This document shows positions 34,030 to 46,736 of a DNA stretch of 46,736 bases, in pieces. The position numbers and the translations under genes were made by a program. Position 1 is the stretch's first letter; each line of letters begins with the position of its first letter. The stretch lies in contig NC_068993.1 in NCBI RefSeq assembly GCF_001194135.2, forward strand, positions 17,968,840 through 18,015,575, in the 5' to 3' direction. Source of the DNA: Octopus bimaculoides. Its lineage: Eukaryota. The notes under the pieces are model-generated. The model ran no database searches. It had not been told where the DNA came from and was given only the letters and a program-made list of their open reading frames with translations.

Positions 34030-34625
34030 GGAATGATTATAAGTTAAGAAGCTCGCTTTGCAACCATGTGGTTTTGGGTTCAGTTCCACAGCATAGCACC
34101 TTGGTCAAGTGTCTTCAACTAGGACAATAGATGTCCTGTGAGTGAATTTGGTAGATGGAAACTGTACAAAAGCATTTATCTATTTATCTATATAATAAAA
34201 TGGAAAATGTTTTGGTAACATGTGCAATGGGGAATAAATAATATCAAAAGATTTCAAATTTCCTTGTTAATTCTCAATTTTGATATGTATTTTGAACTAA
34301 CATACAGCAGCAACTGAGACTACATATTGGATTATAATAACGGAATAAGCAAATATGCTTCAAGAAGAAACAATTGGGATTTACCCTAACTACCTACATA
34401 ATTATATATATGTGTATATGTGTGTGTGTGTTTGCGTTTGTTCCTCCACTGTTTGACAATTGGTGTTTTTATGTTCCCAGAAGTTAGCAGTAAAGCAAAA
34501 GAAACTAATAGGGTAAGCAACAGATTTAATAAGTACTGGGCTTGATTTGTTCAACTAAATCCTACGAAGTAATGAGTGCCCCAGCATGGCCGCAGTCCAA
34601 TGACTGAAACGAGTAAAGGAAAGAA
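34030..34625 (+). mobile_element. Degenerate SINE family 2 with an unrelated internal stretch
   Basis: gcaccttggtcaagtgtctt core and ccagcatggccgcagtccaatgactgaaac tail. Confidence 0.6.
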
Positions 34626-34693
34626 AGGAACATGTTATTTTAGATTTATATTGATACTGTCATAGAAAAATAAAGAGGAGTTGTAGCATTTAA

Positions 34694-34914
34694 ACCTTTA
34701 GCATTTACACTGGCCATATCAGAGCTGAATAGTCTACCAGTTCTATGGTTAAAATGGCTAGATCCTATCTCTCACACCATTTACCCCACAAAGTTATTCT
34801 AAAAATAAACGATCACATTGAAATAACCAAGCTATGAGATAATGCATAATTAATTCAAAAACAATGTAAATAAATAAGTATTACATATGACAGAGTAATC
34901 TGAATGCTAAAGGG
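34694..34914 (+). mobile_element. piggyBac-like MITE family A
   Basis: cctttagcattta ... cagagtaatctgaatgctaaaggg|tcaa. Confidence 0.75.
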
Positions 34915-35248
34915 TCAAAACATATCAAATGTTACTGGTTTCTATTATTGGGACAAAATTAAACATTTTGGGAAGAGAACATAGTTGATTAAAATGACTG
35001 ACTGGTACATTGTTTTATCAATCCAGGAAGAGGGAAAGGGTAAGTTGATCTCAGTGGTATTTGAAATCATGTGCCTCATGATAGTAAAACTATATAAGTG
35101 CTGCAGTAGTTTTAACTAGAACTTGCAAAATCTATTGCTCAGGTTGAAACACTGAAGCAGTAATTCTCAAGTATTATGACAACTGATTAAGCAAATATAA
35201 TGAGTATAATACCTTTCATGTAGTGTATAATGATTTATGTTGGCTTAA

Positions 35249-35794
35249 CCCTTTTGTTACCATATTCCTATTAAGATACACTGTCCTTGTTTCAATTAAT
35301 TTGAGGGTTCCAGTTGATCCGATCAACGGAACAGCCTGCTAGTGAAATTAATGTGCAAGTGGCTGAGCACTCCACAGACACGTGTACCCTTAACGTAGTT
35401 CTCGGGGATATTCAGCGTGACACAGTGTGACAAGGCTGACCCTTTGAATTACAGGCACAACAGAAACAGGAAGTAAGAGTGAGAGAAAGTTGTGAAAGAG
35501 TACAGCAGGGTTCACCACCATCCCCTGCCAGAGGCTCGTGGAGCTTTAGGTGTTTTCGCTCAATAAATACTAACAACGCCCAGTCTGGGAATTGAAACTG
35601 CGATCCTATGATCGCGAATCCGCTGCCCTAATCACTGGGCCATTGTGCCTCCACTGAAAATAATGAAGACTTAAGTAAAATGAGTGTTGTTATTAAGCCA
35701 GTGTTTGGACCATACATTAACATAAAATCTTGACTGGAAGGTTTTAATTTAGTTCATTTTAGGAGTAGTCTTGGGTGGTCTGGTATCAAAAGGG
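35249..35794. mobile_element. piggyBac-like MITE family B interrupted by a SINE
   Basis: ttaa|cccttttgttacc ... ggtatcaaaaggg|ttaa; similar to 14591-14810. Confidence 0.7.
35303..35655 (-). mobile_element. tRNA-derived SINE family 1 lacking its last ~30 nt
   Basis: Reverse complement of 6776-7130. Confidence 0.9.
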
Positions 35795-36307
35795 TTAAGG
35801 CAGGTCAATAGTGGAGTCCATTAATATACTTGGTATTTATTCTATCAAACCAACAGACATTAAAAGTAAATCAGCATTCTTGTGATTTGAACTGAGAACA
35901 GAAGAATGGAACTAAAAACTGAAAGCCATTTAATTTGGTAGTCTACAGTTTCAATCATGCCAATGCTTTATTCTTTATTTTTGCTTTTGTTATTGTAAAT
36001 TTAAAAGCTTCTTTTGGTTGTGGCAAAATAAATCATCAATATCATTAGAGGCACTAAATTGACAAGCTAAGATTTAATTGGCAATTTCAGATCAAAAAGC
36101 CATCCAGATTTAATTTCATTAATTACACCATGAGAAGGTAATTCATAAATTTTTAATGATCATCCTAATTATTTCCCATGTATTTACGAATAGTGTAAGT
36201 CCTGCAATTAAATAGTATTTAACTTAATCATGCATAAGTACTACCGTGTTTGCTTATAGGACAACTGATATTATATTATACTACACTGTATATATATATA
36301 TTATCTT

Positions 36308-36640
36308 TTACTTGTTTCAACTGTGGCTATACTGGGGCACTACCTTAAAGAGTTTTAGTTAAATGAATCAACCCCAGTACTTAATTTATCTTAAGGCCTG
36401 GTAATTAGTTTATCAGCTTCTTTTGCTGAACTGCTAAATAATGGGGGATGTACACAAACCAACACTGGTTGTCAAGTGGTGGTGGTGGACAAACATAGAA
36501 ACAGACACACACACAATGGGCTTCTTTCAGTTTCTACCTACCAAATCTACTCAAAAACCTTTGGTTGCCCAATGGCCACAGTAGATGACACTTGCCCATG
36601 GTGTCATGCTTAAGACCAAACCTGGAACCATGTGGCTTTT
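36308..36640 (-). mobile_element. SINE family 2, diverged
   Basis: ctttttacttgtttc..ttgtcaagtggtggtgg..gggcttctttcagtttc..gacacttgccca. Confidence 0.75.
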
Positions 36641-37074
36641 TTGAAGATCATCACAAATACTTAATTTCTTTGGTTTTTTTTTAGTTGATTTAAAGAAGGT
36701 AACTAACCCAAGCAATAAAACTAGGGACTTAGTTTGCCAGAATCCTACCTCTGTGGTGTTTACTATTATATCAAATATTATTGAGCTCTTGCTCATGCAA
36801 AATATTATAGATCTATAAAGAAAAAGTAGATATGAAATATTATGTGACAGTTATACATATTTTCAATGTAGGAGTCAAGGTGAGGCTTATAACCTACTGA
36901 AGTACCACAAAAGACTTTGTCTCCAAATCATGTATCCATGGCAAAATTGGCTGATAGAACCCTTTCCCCCTTCAAAATTATATTCATAGTAAGAACTAAA
37001 TCCAACACTACAAGCTAATGAAACGTCAATTTTAAGGTGTTGTCAATGCTTACAGTACATTATTCTTATTTTTC

Positions 37075-37292
37075 ATCATCACCATCATGATTTAACACCT
37101 GATTTCCATGCTGGCATGGGTTACACGGTTTGACTAGAACTGGTAAGTTGGAGAGCTGCACCAGGCTCTAATCTGTTTTGGCTTGGTTTCTATGGCTGGA
37201 CACCCTTCCTAATGCCAACCACTTCAAAGAGTGTATTGGGTGTCTTTTATGTGTCACTGGCACAGGTGCCATTTATGTGTCATCAGCATGGT
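37075..37292 (-). mobile_element. SINE family 4, diverged
   Basis: (CAT)n, ttccatgctggcatgggtt..cccttcctaatgccaaccac. Confidence 0.75.
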
Positions 37293-37705
37293 GCATGTCA
37301 ACAAAAGCCACATCCAGAGGTTATCAGTAATGTAAGCAAAGTAAAATAGCTACAACTATGAGTCCAGACTCAGCTAGTTGCAGTTTATATAAGTTGGCCA
37401 GAAAGTTCTACTCAATGGAAAGTTGTTATATATTACAAAATACTGAATGAAATCAGTGAAGATAAGAGTTATTTGAGAGGAAAGATGAAATATTGTCAAT
37501 GCTATGAACTGAATTTGAAGGCAAAAAAATGTTTAACCTAAAATGGCTGACAATGTAGAACATATAACTGTCAGAATTACATAAATGATTATCAAAACTT
37601 ACTATAAATAATAATTTGTTAGAGGTGATTGGTACAAAAATAAGAAAGCAATTTTGAGAAGTATTTCTTGTCTACACAACACACATACATACACCCAGAT
37701 ATATA

Positions 37706-37969
37706 TATTATTCATTTAAAATATAGAGATGCCTATAATAGGACATCTAACCCGCCAGAAAGAGCAGCCAAAAAACTCTATACCACAATTAGGGATAATT
37801 TCGAAAGGGAATGAAAAATAAAAACATTTACCAATCTATTTTCCGTTTCTGTTTTTATTTTTCATTCCTTTTCGAAATTATCCTTAATTGTAGTATAGAG
37901 TTTTTGGCTGCTCTTTCTGGTGGGTTAGATGTCCTATTATAGGCATCTCTGTATTTTAAATGAATAATA
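37706..37969. repeat. 264-bp fold-back: ~120-bp inverted arms, 23-nt spacer
   Basis: 37706-37826 is the reverse complement of 37850-37969 with only a handful of differences. Confidence 0.9.
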
Positions 37970-39189
37970 CATAGTTTATTGACTAATTTTTTCTTCTCGC
38001 TAGACCACTGGTAGNNNNNNNNNNNNNNNNNNNNNNNNNNNNNNNNNNNNNNNNNNNNNNNNNNNNNNNNNNNNNNNNNNNNNNNNNNNNNNNNNNNNNN
38101 NNNNNNNNNNNNNNNNNNNNNNNNNNNNNNNNNNNNNNNNNNNNNNNNNNNNNNNNNNNNNNNNNNNNNNNNNNNAAATGTGTGTAATGCTTTAAATGTA
38201 ATATCGGCCATAGAGCACATGCATCAGCTCCGACAGTCAGATAAAACAGATGACAACAGGGATGACATCACACTTGAAGTACCGAATAAAGCCTTTGAAA
38301 ATATTTTTTTATCTACACAACAATTTATTCATCAATTTCTTTTCTTTTTTTAAAATTTTTATCCAATGGACTCATGAGCAACTGATACAAATGCTGCTAC
38401 TACTATTACAACTATTGCAGATGAACAGAGAACCTTCATTATGGTAAGCTCTACAACGTTGTTATGGGGGTCATTCTGCTTGGTTTTTATGCTGCCAGCA
38501 GATGTTATATCTTTCGTATGAAAGTGAAGGAATAAACACACATAAATATAAATTAACACAAACAGATAAAATCTTCCTGGTAACTCCCACCATAAAATAA
38601 TGGATAAAATTTTACACCCAAAATTATTTAATGCTATTCCATCTGATTTGCAAAATCAGATGAAGCGATCACATTGGTATTGCACTTTTTAAAATATATT
38701 TCTACAAACATCTGTGAACATATTCCATCATGTAATACTTTCACTGATAGCATTAACTCACATGGAATCTAAATTAAAAAGAAACAAAAAAAAAAAAAAA
38801 ATGTTTTCGTCAAGTAATTATTGGTAACTCATATGCAACAAAACATCAGAATCCTCTGTAAACTTTATATTGCCTTGACATTTTAAATACATTTATGACA
38901 TATAGCAGCCTTCCAGAAGAGAAAGCAATATTGCTGATGCTTTTATCAGAATCGGCCAGATTTTACATATTTTTCTATTCTTCAAATTCATACACATCTT
39001 TGCAACCTTGGCTGCCATCAATTTTGTCAATATGTACAACTGCAGATATGTAAAGATTGTACCTCTGTTAAACCAGTTTCACCCCAGCCCCAATTTGCTA
39101 AAGTAATAAGTTTTTATTCAACCACAGGAAATATTATCAATTGACTTTATGGGGCCAAAAGAAAAGTACAAAAAAATAAGTACATTTTG

Positions 39190-39432
39190 GCAGATGGAAA
39201 CTGAAAGAAGCCTGGTGCATGTGTGTCTTTATGCTTGTCCTATGCCACCATTCAACAGCTCGGTGTTGGTTAGTTTATACCCCTATAATCTAGAGGTTCA
39301 GCAAAAAGAGACCAATAGAATAAGTAACGGACTTACTGTAAGTACTGGGTTTGATTTGTTTGGCTGAGCCCTTCAAAGATAGTGCCCCAGCATAGCCACG
39401 GTCCAATGGCTGAAACAAGTAAAAGATAAACA
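39190..39432 (+). mobile_element. SINE family 2, 3' part
   Basis: gatggaaactgaaagaagcc..gagaccaatagaataagta..ccagcatagccacggtccaatggctgaaacaagtaaaag. Confidence 0.8.
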
Positions 39433-40224
39433 AGGGAATAAATCATAACTCCAGTACTCGACAGAATGCACATGAGAATAGCCAATGAGAGTGACGTAAT
39501 AGTGCATTGTGAAAGACTATACAATTAACCTTGATGACTGCAAATCTCTATATAGCCAAGTGAGAGGTAGCACTTCTGGAAACCTTACATGTACTGAGAT
39601 CACTTTGATTGACAGCAACTAACTGCACACCACATGAATGAATCTTTCTTTACTCAAAACTTAGAAATGATAAAACTAAATCTGTCTGGGTGGAGACTGG
39701 TGTTATTGTTTTCTTGTAATATGTTCAACAATTTAAAATAGATATTTTGTTGAAGTTCAGTTGGTGAACACCGAATGGAAGTTAAGAAGTCAGTCTAAAA
39801 TGATGAGATATTGCATCTTGCCCTGCTAAAACTTATGATGAAGATGATGAATTATGAGAAAACTTTAAAAAAAAAAAAATCGGAAGAGAAAAATAGTTCT
39901 TTTGATGAATATACTCACCATAATTCTTTCTAATATTTATGATCAACCACAATTGGATACTGAAATTATAATGTTTTATGTTGAAACCACCATAGTGTGC
40001 ATAATCATTAAAAAATGCATCTTTAAGCTACGGAAAATGTTATTAAATATGTAATAGGTTATGGGTATATGAGTGTAATGTTTAAAGATACTATCGGTCA
40101 GTCACAGTGAAAATGCATCAGCTTGACAATCAAATAAAAATTGGCAACAGGAAATGTGGCAGATTCAAATCACTAAATGAAAATTTTGGAAGAATCTCTT
40201 CTTTACACAACACACATACTACAT

Positions 40225-40671
40225 ATTGGTTTTGAATTTTGGCACAAGACCAGAAATTTTGGGAGAGGAGAGGGGATAAGTCAATTACACGGACCTCAGT
40301 GTTTAACTGGTACTTATTTTATCAAACCCGAAAGGATGAAAGGCAAAGTAGACCTCAGTGGAATTTGAACTCAGAACGTGAAAACGGATGAAATGGTGTG
40401 AAGAATTTGCCCTACATGTTAACAATTCTGCTAGCTTGCTGTCTTCACACACACTGCATATTCTTTTATTTATTTCAGTCATTTGACTGCAGCCATGCTG
40501 GAGCACCACTTTTAGTCGAACAAATCAACCCCAGGATTTATTCTTTGTTAGCCTAGTACTACATATTCTATCGATCTCTTTTGCCAAACCGCTAAGTTAC
40601 AGGGATGTAAACACACCAACATTGGTTGTCAAGCAATGGTGGGGGGACAAACACACAAACATATATGTGTG

Positions 40672-40710
<39 letters not shown>

Positions 40711-40871
40711 GACGAGCTTCTTTCAGTTCTGTCTACCAAATTCACTCACAAAGCTTTGGTCAGCCTGAGGCTATAGTAGAAAACATTTGCCCAAGGTGCC
40801 ACGCAGTGGGACTGAACCTGGAACCATGTGGTTGGGAAGAAAGCTTCTTACCATACAGCCATGCCTGTGCC
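40225..40871 (-). mobile_element. SINE family 3 followed by full-length SINE family 2
   Basis: Family 3 about 40225-40445; family 2 about 40460-40871. Confidence 0.8.
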
Positions 40872-40977
40872 AATACATACATATATACAATTATCCCTCA
40901 TTACAATAACAATTCTCACAGCATGCACTCTACATTTGACCTTCTCATTACAGTTAAGTTAAGCAATACATATTATA

Positions 40978-41507
40978 CAGGGCGTCCCAGAATTAACTAT
41001 CTCTTTCAATGAAATTAGGCAAATTAAAAAAAAAAAAAACTGTCAGAATTTTATGTTTATTACTTAATTATGGTATCAAAACAAATAGATTTATAAATCT
41101 TATGTCAAAGCCTTATTGAAAATTTTCAATATGTGTTCCATCTTCATCTCTGCAAATTTCAAATCTATCCTTAGCTTTCTGAAACACATTTTGAAGCATT
41201 TCAAGAGTTATCTCCTGCCCTGCTAACTGAATGTGTTCTTTAAGCTCAGCTGAACTATTGTTCCATCCTGGGGATGGAAGTAGAGAAAATGATTGCGGCC
41301 AAATTGAAAAAAAAAGTTGTCATGGACAAATAAGTAGGATCCAACAGGAATGAAAATAAATTATAAATGATAAAATTATAAACAAAATAAAAAAAACTTA
41401 TACACCTTTAACACATATTAAACATGGTAAGCATAAATGAAAGTGAGTTTTAAAAAAAAAAATTGTCTGATTTCACTGGAATAGATAATTGATTCTGGTA
41501 TACCCTG
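40978..41507 (-). mobile_element. Internally deleted Tc1/mariner element with both TIRs and TA duplications
   Basis: TA|cagggcgtcccagaattaactatctc.. and ..atagataattgattctggtataccctg|TA (~47-bp imperfect TIRs); transposase C-terminus ELKEHIQLAGQEITLEMLQNVFQKAKDRFEICRDEDGTHIENFQ-stop on minus. Confidence 0.85.
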
Positions 41508-41814
41508 TATATAACCATCTCCCATTACAATAACGATTCACACAGCAAGCTTTCTACATCTGAGGTTCTTGATAAAGCCAGTTACACAGAACAATATATC
41601 CAAACATCCCTCATTACAATAACATAACCCACATAATACATGTCATATACTGGACTTCCGTTATACAATAAAAAACTTTCATAACAAGCAAAATGCTTAA
41701 AACACAGTATGAAAGCAATAGCATAAACTATCATCTTCAAAAATAACAACAAAAGAACAAAATGTAAGGCAGTAGAACACATGGTAATACATGGAAATAT
41801 TCAATAAAAATGAT

Positions 41815-42597
41815 AATTCTTTCTAATTTTGGCATGGGGCTTGGGGAGTTGATTACATTGACCTGGGGCTCAACTGGTACTTAATTTATTGACCCTGAAA
41901 GTATGAAAGGCAAAGCGGACCTTGGCAGAATTTGAACTCAGAATGTAAAGATGGATGGAATGCCACTAAGCATTTTCCTCAGCATGTTAATGATTCTGCC
42001 AGCTTGCCACATTTGGAAATATTCAATAATGATAATTCTCTCTAATTTTGGTACAAGGCCAGTAATTTTGTTGCATGTGGTGGTGGTGGTGGGGGTCAAA
42101 CTAGTCCTTATTTTATTTAAACTGAAAGGACAAAAGGCAAAGTTAACCTGGGCAGCATTTGGATTCAAAATCTAAAGAACTAGAAGAAATGGTGCTAAAC
42201 ATTTTGCCTGGCACAGTTACAGTAACACTGCCAGCTTGCTACCTTACTGTATCCCTCTCTTTTCAGGATAGTTGGGTGTAATTTGAGTAGCATTTGGGTG
42301 CTATTACTAGATGGTTGAGTGATCAGAGCGAGATTTTTTTAGCTCAATCCAAATATGTATTGTTTCTTGCATAGTCATGTAACCTACAAGTAATAATTTC
42401 TTTTTTCTTTCTACTATAAGTACAGGGCCTGAAATTCTTGGGGAGGGGGCTAGTTAACAATATCGACCTCAGGGCATAACTGGTATTCATTTTATTGACT
42501 GCAAAAGAGCAAAAGGCAAAGTAAACTCTGGAATATAATTTGTTGGAAGAAATACCACTAAGCATTTTGTTCAACATACAAATGATTCTGCCATCTA
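41815..42597 (-). mobile_element. Three diverged SINE family 3 copies
   Basis: Copies at about 41815, 42030 and 42405 share aaaggcaaag..gac/aacct.gg and cattt..cc..gca motifs. Confidence 0.65.
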
Positions 42598-43344
42598 TGA
42601 GTAATAATTAAATAATGAGTTTGTTTCATTGGATGTATAGTAAAATAATTCAATGAATTCTTGTACATTTCTTGTATTTATTTAACATGCTCGAACATTT
42701 TTTGAGATTTTAGATTTTTCATTTATGAGTTTCCTATTCTGTTCGTAACGAGATTTAGAAATAAATTTAACTAGAAAAAAACTAAGGGAAATACTATCAA
42801 AAAGAATTATCAAGGAAAAGAAGGAAGATATTGTATGTTTATAAATATATATGCTGGCCTGTAAGGTGCATATTTCCCCCTCTCCATCTAAAATGCTCCT
42901 GAAAATCAGTTGACACCTTATAAAATACAAGATCAAGGATTGTGTTGCCAACAGTTCAAAATAGGGCAGCCAAAATTGATGTGGGTTTTATATTTTTGTG
43001 TGTGTCTTGCAAGCTGTGAAATGTATGAGACATATATGGGAAGCAAAAATAAAAATGATTTTATTTTGTTTTCAACAATATCTGATTAAAAATAAAATTA
43101 TTGCAATTATTCATTCATTTTACTTGGAAATTTATAGTGGCCAACAGGAATTTGCTCTAGCAAGCTATAATGTCTTTCTTGCTTCTTAGGTGTGCATGGG
43201 GCCTGATTGAGACTCTGTCCCCCCACCCCAATGTTCAGATAAATGTTTTGAATCTGGAATGTATTATATGTTTTACAAGAATGAAAAGAAAAGAAAACAG
43301 TCAAAAAATCTATCAAATTTTCACATGCGAAATGACATATATAT

Positions 43345-43465
43345 ATCATCATCATCATCGTTTAACGTCCGCTTTCCATGCTAGCATGGGTTGGACGATT
43401 TGACTGAGGACTGGTGAAACCGGATGGCAACACCAGGCTCCAGTCTGATTTGGCAGAGTTTCTAC
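43345..43465 (-). mobile_element. SINE family 4, 3' part
   Basis: catcatcatcgtttaacgtccgctttccatgctagcatgggttggacgatttgactgagg. Confidence 0.9.
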
Positions 43466-45249
43466 GTGTGTGTGTGTGTGTGTGTGTATGTATTTATTTA
43501 TGTATGTATGTATGTATATNNNNNNNNNNNNNNNNNNNNNNNNNNNNNNNNNNNNNNNNNNNNNNNNNNNNNNNNNNNNNNNNNNNNNNNNNNNNNNNNN
43601 NNNNNNNNNNNNNNNNNNNNNNNNNNNNNNNNNNNNNNNNNNNNNNNNNNNNNNNNNNNNNNNNNNNNNTATATATATATACATACAAAAAAAAACAACA
43701 TAATTCTTCCTGCTACATAGTCCTTTCAGTTAGTTAATAATATATTCAGGAGAACTTGTTTCTGAAATGCCAAACAGTAACAATTTACAATTTGCACAGA
43801 TCTGTAAAGGTTAAGTGACCGTCTTTGTACTGTAATGTTTGCATACAAGGAAAACAATACATAATGATATGTATGTATGTGTGTGTGTGTGAGCACCAGC
43901 CTATAACTGCATCAATATGTGAATGTATTTGTAAAAACAATCTTAGCATGGGAAAATGAATTAATAACAGTAACATATATAATATTGCACTTATGTTCAA
44001 ACACAGTAAATATTTAACATTTTGTGTATGTTCCAAGAATAGTCAGTAAAAAGAAATGCCAAGAGAAACATGATGGTATATGTTGATATATGTAATAGAT
44101 TTAGTGTTAAAAAGGAACAAAAAAATCTAACAGTTTTGGAATTTTGGACAACAGTTTGTCAATAACAATTAACAGGTAAAAAAAGAAAAGAAAAAGTGAA
44201 AACCCCAAACATTACAAATTATATGTTAACACCTCTTCTGAAAACTTAGTTGCATCAACCACAGTTTAAAATTATAAAGGTATCTGAAACTCAGATTAGA
44301 TAGGAAAAAAAAAAGGGGTTTCTTTAATTTTTCTTGATCCAACTTTTTCATAATTTCACATTTTCTTTGTAAGGAATAAAAAAAAAAACAAAAAAAAAAC
44401 AACATCAACACAAACTAATTACAAAACGAAATGTTTGAGGAAGTCTGTAAGGTTTGCTTTTTACAATAAGGCTCTATAGTTTAGTTACACAATTGTCTCT
44501 ATGTTAAACTTTATAAATACATGAAAGAGGTACCTTCTAAAATGGAAATGAGAAATATTCTAAAAGGATGGGAGAAATGTTTTATTATTTGCAAACCAAA
44601 AACATACAACAAAAACATCACCTTTAGATTGAACACTAACCTTAACTCAAGCCATAAAAAAACTTGATTTTATTTTACAGTTTGTTACTTTTTCTTTCAT
44701 ATATTGGATAGTATATCTACTCACCTGCTATCTTCATCTCTTTTCCTCTACTCCAATATTAGAGCAGCAAGAAAACATATTGCTTTTTTGTTTGTTTAGC
44801 TGTAGCAAAGTTGATCCAATTAGAACGATGAGCCCTCTGAAGAAACCTATTAGAGTAAAAGGATATTGCATCTTCATGCATGGGAAAGACAGAGTTCCAT
44901 AAGCTGCAGTGAAGATAGTCAATCTAAGGGAGCAACTGGTCTAAATTAAAGCTGATACAGAGAGGCCAAGGCCCACTGTCTTGCATAACAATCACTCTGC
45001 TAATAGTGGTACGATAAATATAACCAGTGATTGGCTATAGGGTGAGCACAAGTCATAAAATCACAACCAGTTAACTATGAAGCACAATACAATGATTTGT
45101 AATACTAAAAGTGTTAAGAGGATTGACATGTTTCATATTGGTACTGTGGTGTCAAATATGAGCACTCTTAACCATCATGAAGCAAACTCACCATCAACAG
45201 TAACAACTTTTTTCTTTTCAGATTATTTTCTAGTCTGCTCTTATCATCA

Positions 45250-46410
45250 ATAGCAGATTCAAAGGCAAAGGAGTTGCACTGGGAAGGGGGAAATTATAGA
45301 GGTATGAATGACAAGATCTTGACAGAAGTTCAGAGAGTTTGAGCAGTTTTGATTGGAAACAATGCAAAGAACCACAGATGCTAAATTTCTAATGAGGCAA
45401 CAACAAAAGAATTTAAGGTAAGAACTACCCTACATCACATCTGCTGCGAAGAGAAGGCTTTTGATAAAATTCCACATGCTGCTAGGCACTAAGTAAACTA
45501 AAAGTAGAGGAATGGCTTGCAAGAACTATGTTAGTTATGTACTACTAGCAAGAAATTTAATGTACAAATAGGTGACTACCAAAGGTCTGTCTTAAGGACT
45601 CTATTACTCCTTATAATCCTTGATGCTATAAGACAGGAGTTAAGGATTTATTTTCATTGGATGTTTTTGTATGTTGAGAACCACATTCTTACAGCCAAAT
45701 CTGTCAAAGAGTTGCATAAAAAGAGCCAAAACAAAACGAATATCAAAATATTAAATAGTTTAAAAAATCACAATGTTATAAGAGGAATGGTTTTGATTGA
45801 TATGTAGTGATGAACTTGATAATTTGCATTAAATGCAAGCAACAAATAGAGACACAAATGATGTAATAGGATCTCTGATAGGTTGACATAGAAGTAGAAC
45901 TTCAAAGTAATTAGCAGTAGAAGTATTCATGAAATGATATTGTCTATGAACTGCTCAGAGAGCTCAAGAGATGTAACTGATAGGTTTTCTTTCCCAGTTG
46001 GTCTCTAATTAGAGGATATTTTCAAAGTTGGATATGCATAATGTTAGCCAGTATGACAGGTTAAGCATAAATGTGTTGAGACATCAAGTGGGTACTAAAG
46101 ACTTCAGCTGTAGAAAGCTGGAGGAGTGGATGCACTTCTATAGCCTTGTGAAATAAACGACAATTAAGGAATGGGTGAAACAATGCCAAGTGCTGATGGC
46201 AAGGAATACTTGTAGTGAAACAAGTTGATGGAAGAAATAATGAGGTCAGGTTTTTGGATACAGGGTTTCACAGAAGAGATGATATAAGACTTAAATGATT
46301 GGCAATAATGCTACATGGCAGGATTTTTCAAGATCCTTCCTGTCATACAGCATTGAAAAGTGGGTGTTAAAATATTGTTGTTGCTGTTGTTGTTGATAAT
46401 GATGATGACT
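45250..46410 (+). mobile_element. Heavily decayed RTE LINE (RT to 3' end)
   Basis: EKAFDKIPH at 45451, LKVEEWLARTMLVMY, GDYQRSVLRTLLLLIILDAI; ends cagcattgaaaagtgggtgttaaa plus a degenerate triplet tail. Confidence 0.7.
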
Positions 46411-46669
46411 GTAATGGTGATATGTGATAAAATGAGGAGGGAAGTAAAAAGTAAAATCTATATTGTGTGAAGTAATTAAAACAAATGAAAACAAATTTGA
46501 AGACGATTCAAAGTGATCATATTTGTAGAAACTGTTATGTCTACATTGTTTATCCATAATTTAAATATTTAATTGATATGTAACATATAATTAAAGAAAG
46601 CATAGCTACCTTGCTTCAAGGAAGTAGCCAAAAAACTTCATTTTAGACTTTAAGAATGTAAAGTGTGTG

Positions 46670-46706
<37 letters not shown>

Positions 46707-46736
46707 CATATACATATATACATATACACACACACA

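Noticed and set aside
43190-43260. Strong acceptor with an open frame (CAWGLIETLSPHP..)
   Set aside because: Sequence resembles a decayed SINE family 3 tail; no compatible neighbouring exons.
42820-44940. Minus-strand exon candidates (donor at about 44724; VSTDFQEHFRWRGGNMHLTGQHIYL-stop near 42850-42930)
   Set aside because: Phases do not join and no family is recognisable; cannot be supported without RNA data.

Overview
AT-rich, repeat-dense, gapped animal scaffold. The repeat landscape (several tRNA-derived SINE families, RTE LINEs, Penelope-like pieces, TA/CA/AAT microsatellites) suggests an octopus/cephalopod genome; this is inference. The supplied ORF track is almost all microsatellite or repeat noise. 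Reading splice sites by hand gives one complete 6-exon gene on + (CDS 2816-2864, 6446-6591, 8390-8491, 11857-11984, 15001-15127, 16722-16787; 205 aa; all phases compatible, GT-AG introns). It resembles the ciliary protein Pitchfork (PIFO/CIMAP3) and has an RFX X-box just upstream and AATAAA downstream. The most unusual element is in intron 3 of this gene: a ~1 kb fold-back with ~300-bp inverted arms whose loop holds a type I minimal hammerhead ribozyme motif in the pre-mRNA sense. A second hammerhead motif abuts a decayed Penelope-like GIY-YIG element. Also present: an RTE LINE relic ending in three C2H2 zinc fingers, a 67-bp TA-flanked hairpin mini-MITE, a 49-bp palindrome, a 264-bp fold-back, Tc1/mariner, hAT, piggyBac-like and Helentron-like relics, and several nested insertions. 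A second RFX-type promoter near 26.1 kb is possible but no product could be identified. Family names come from recalled motifs, not database searches; repeat boundaries and identities are by-eye estimates.
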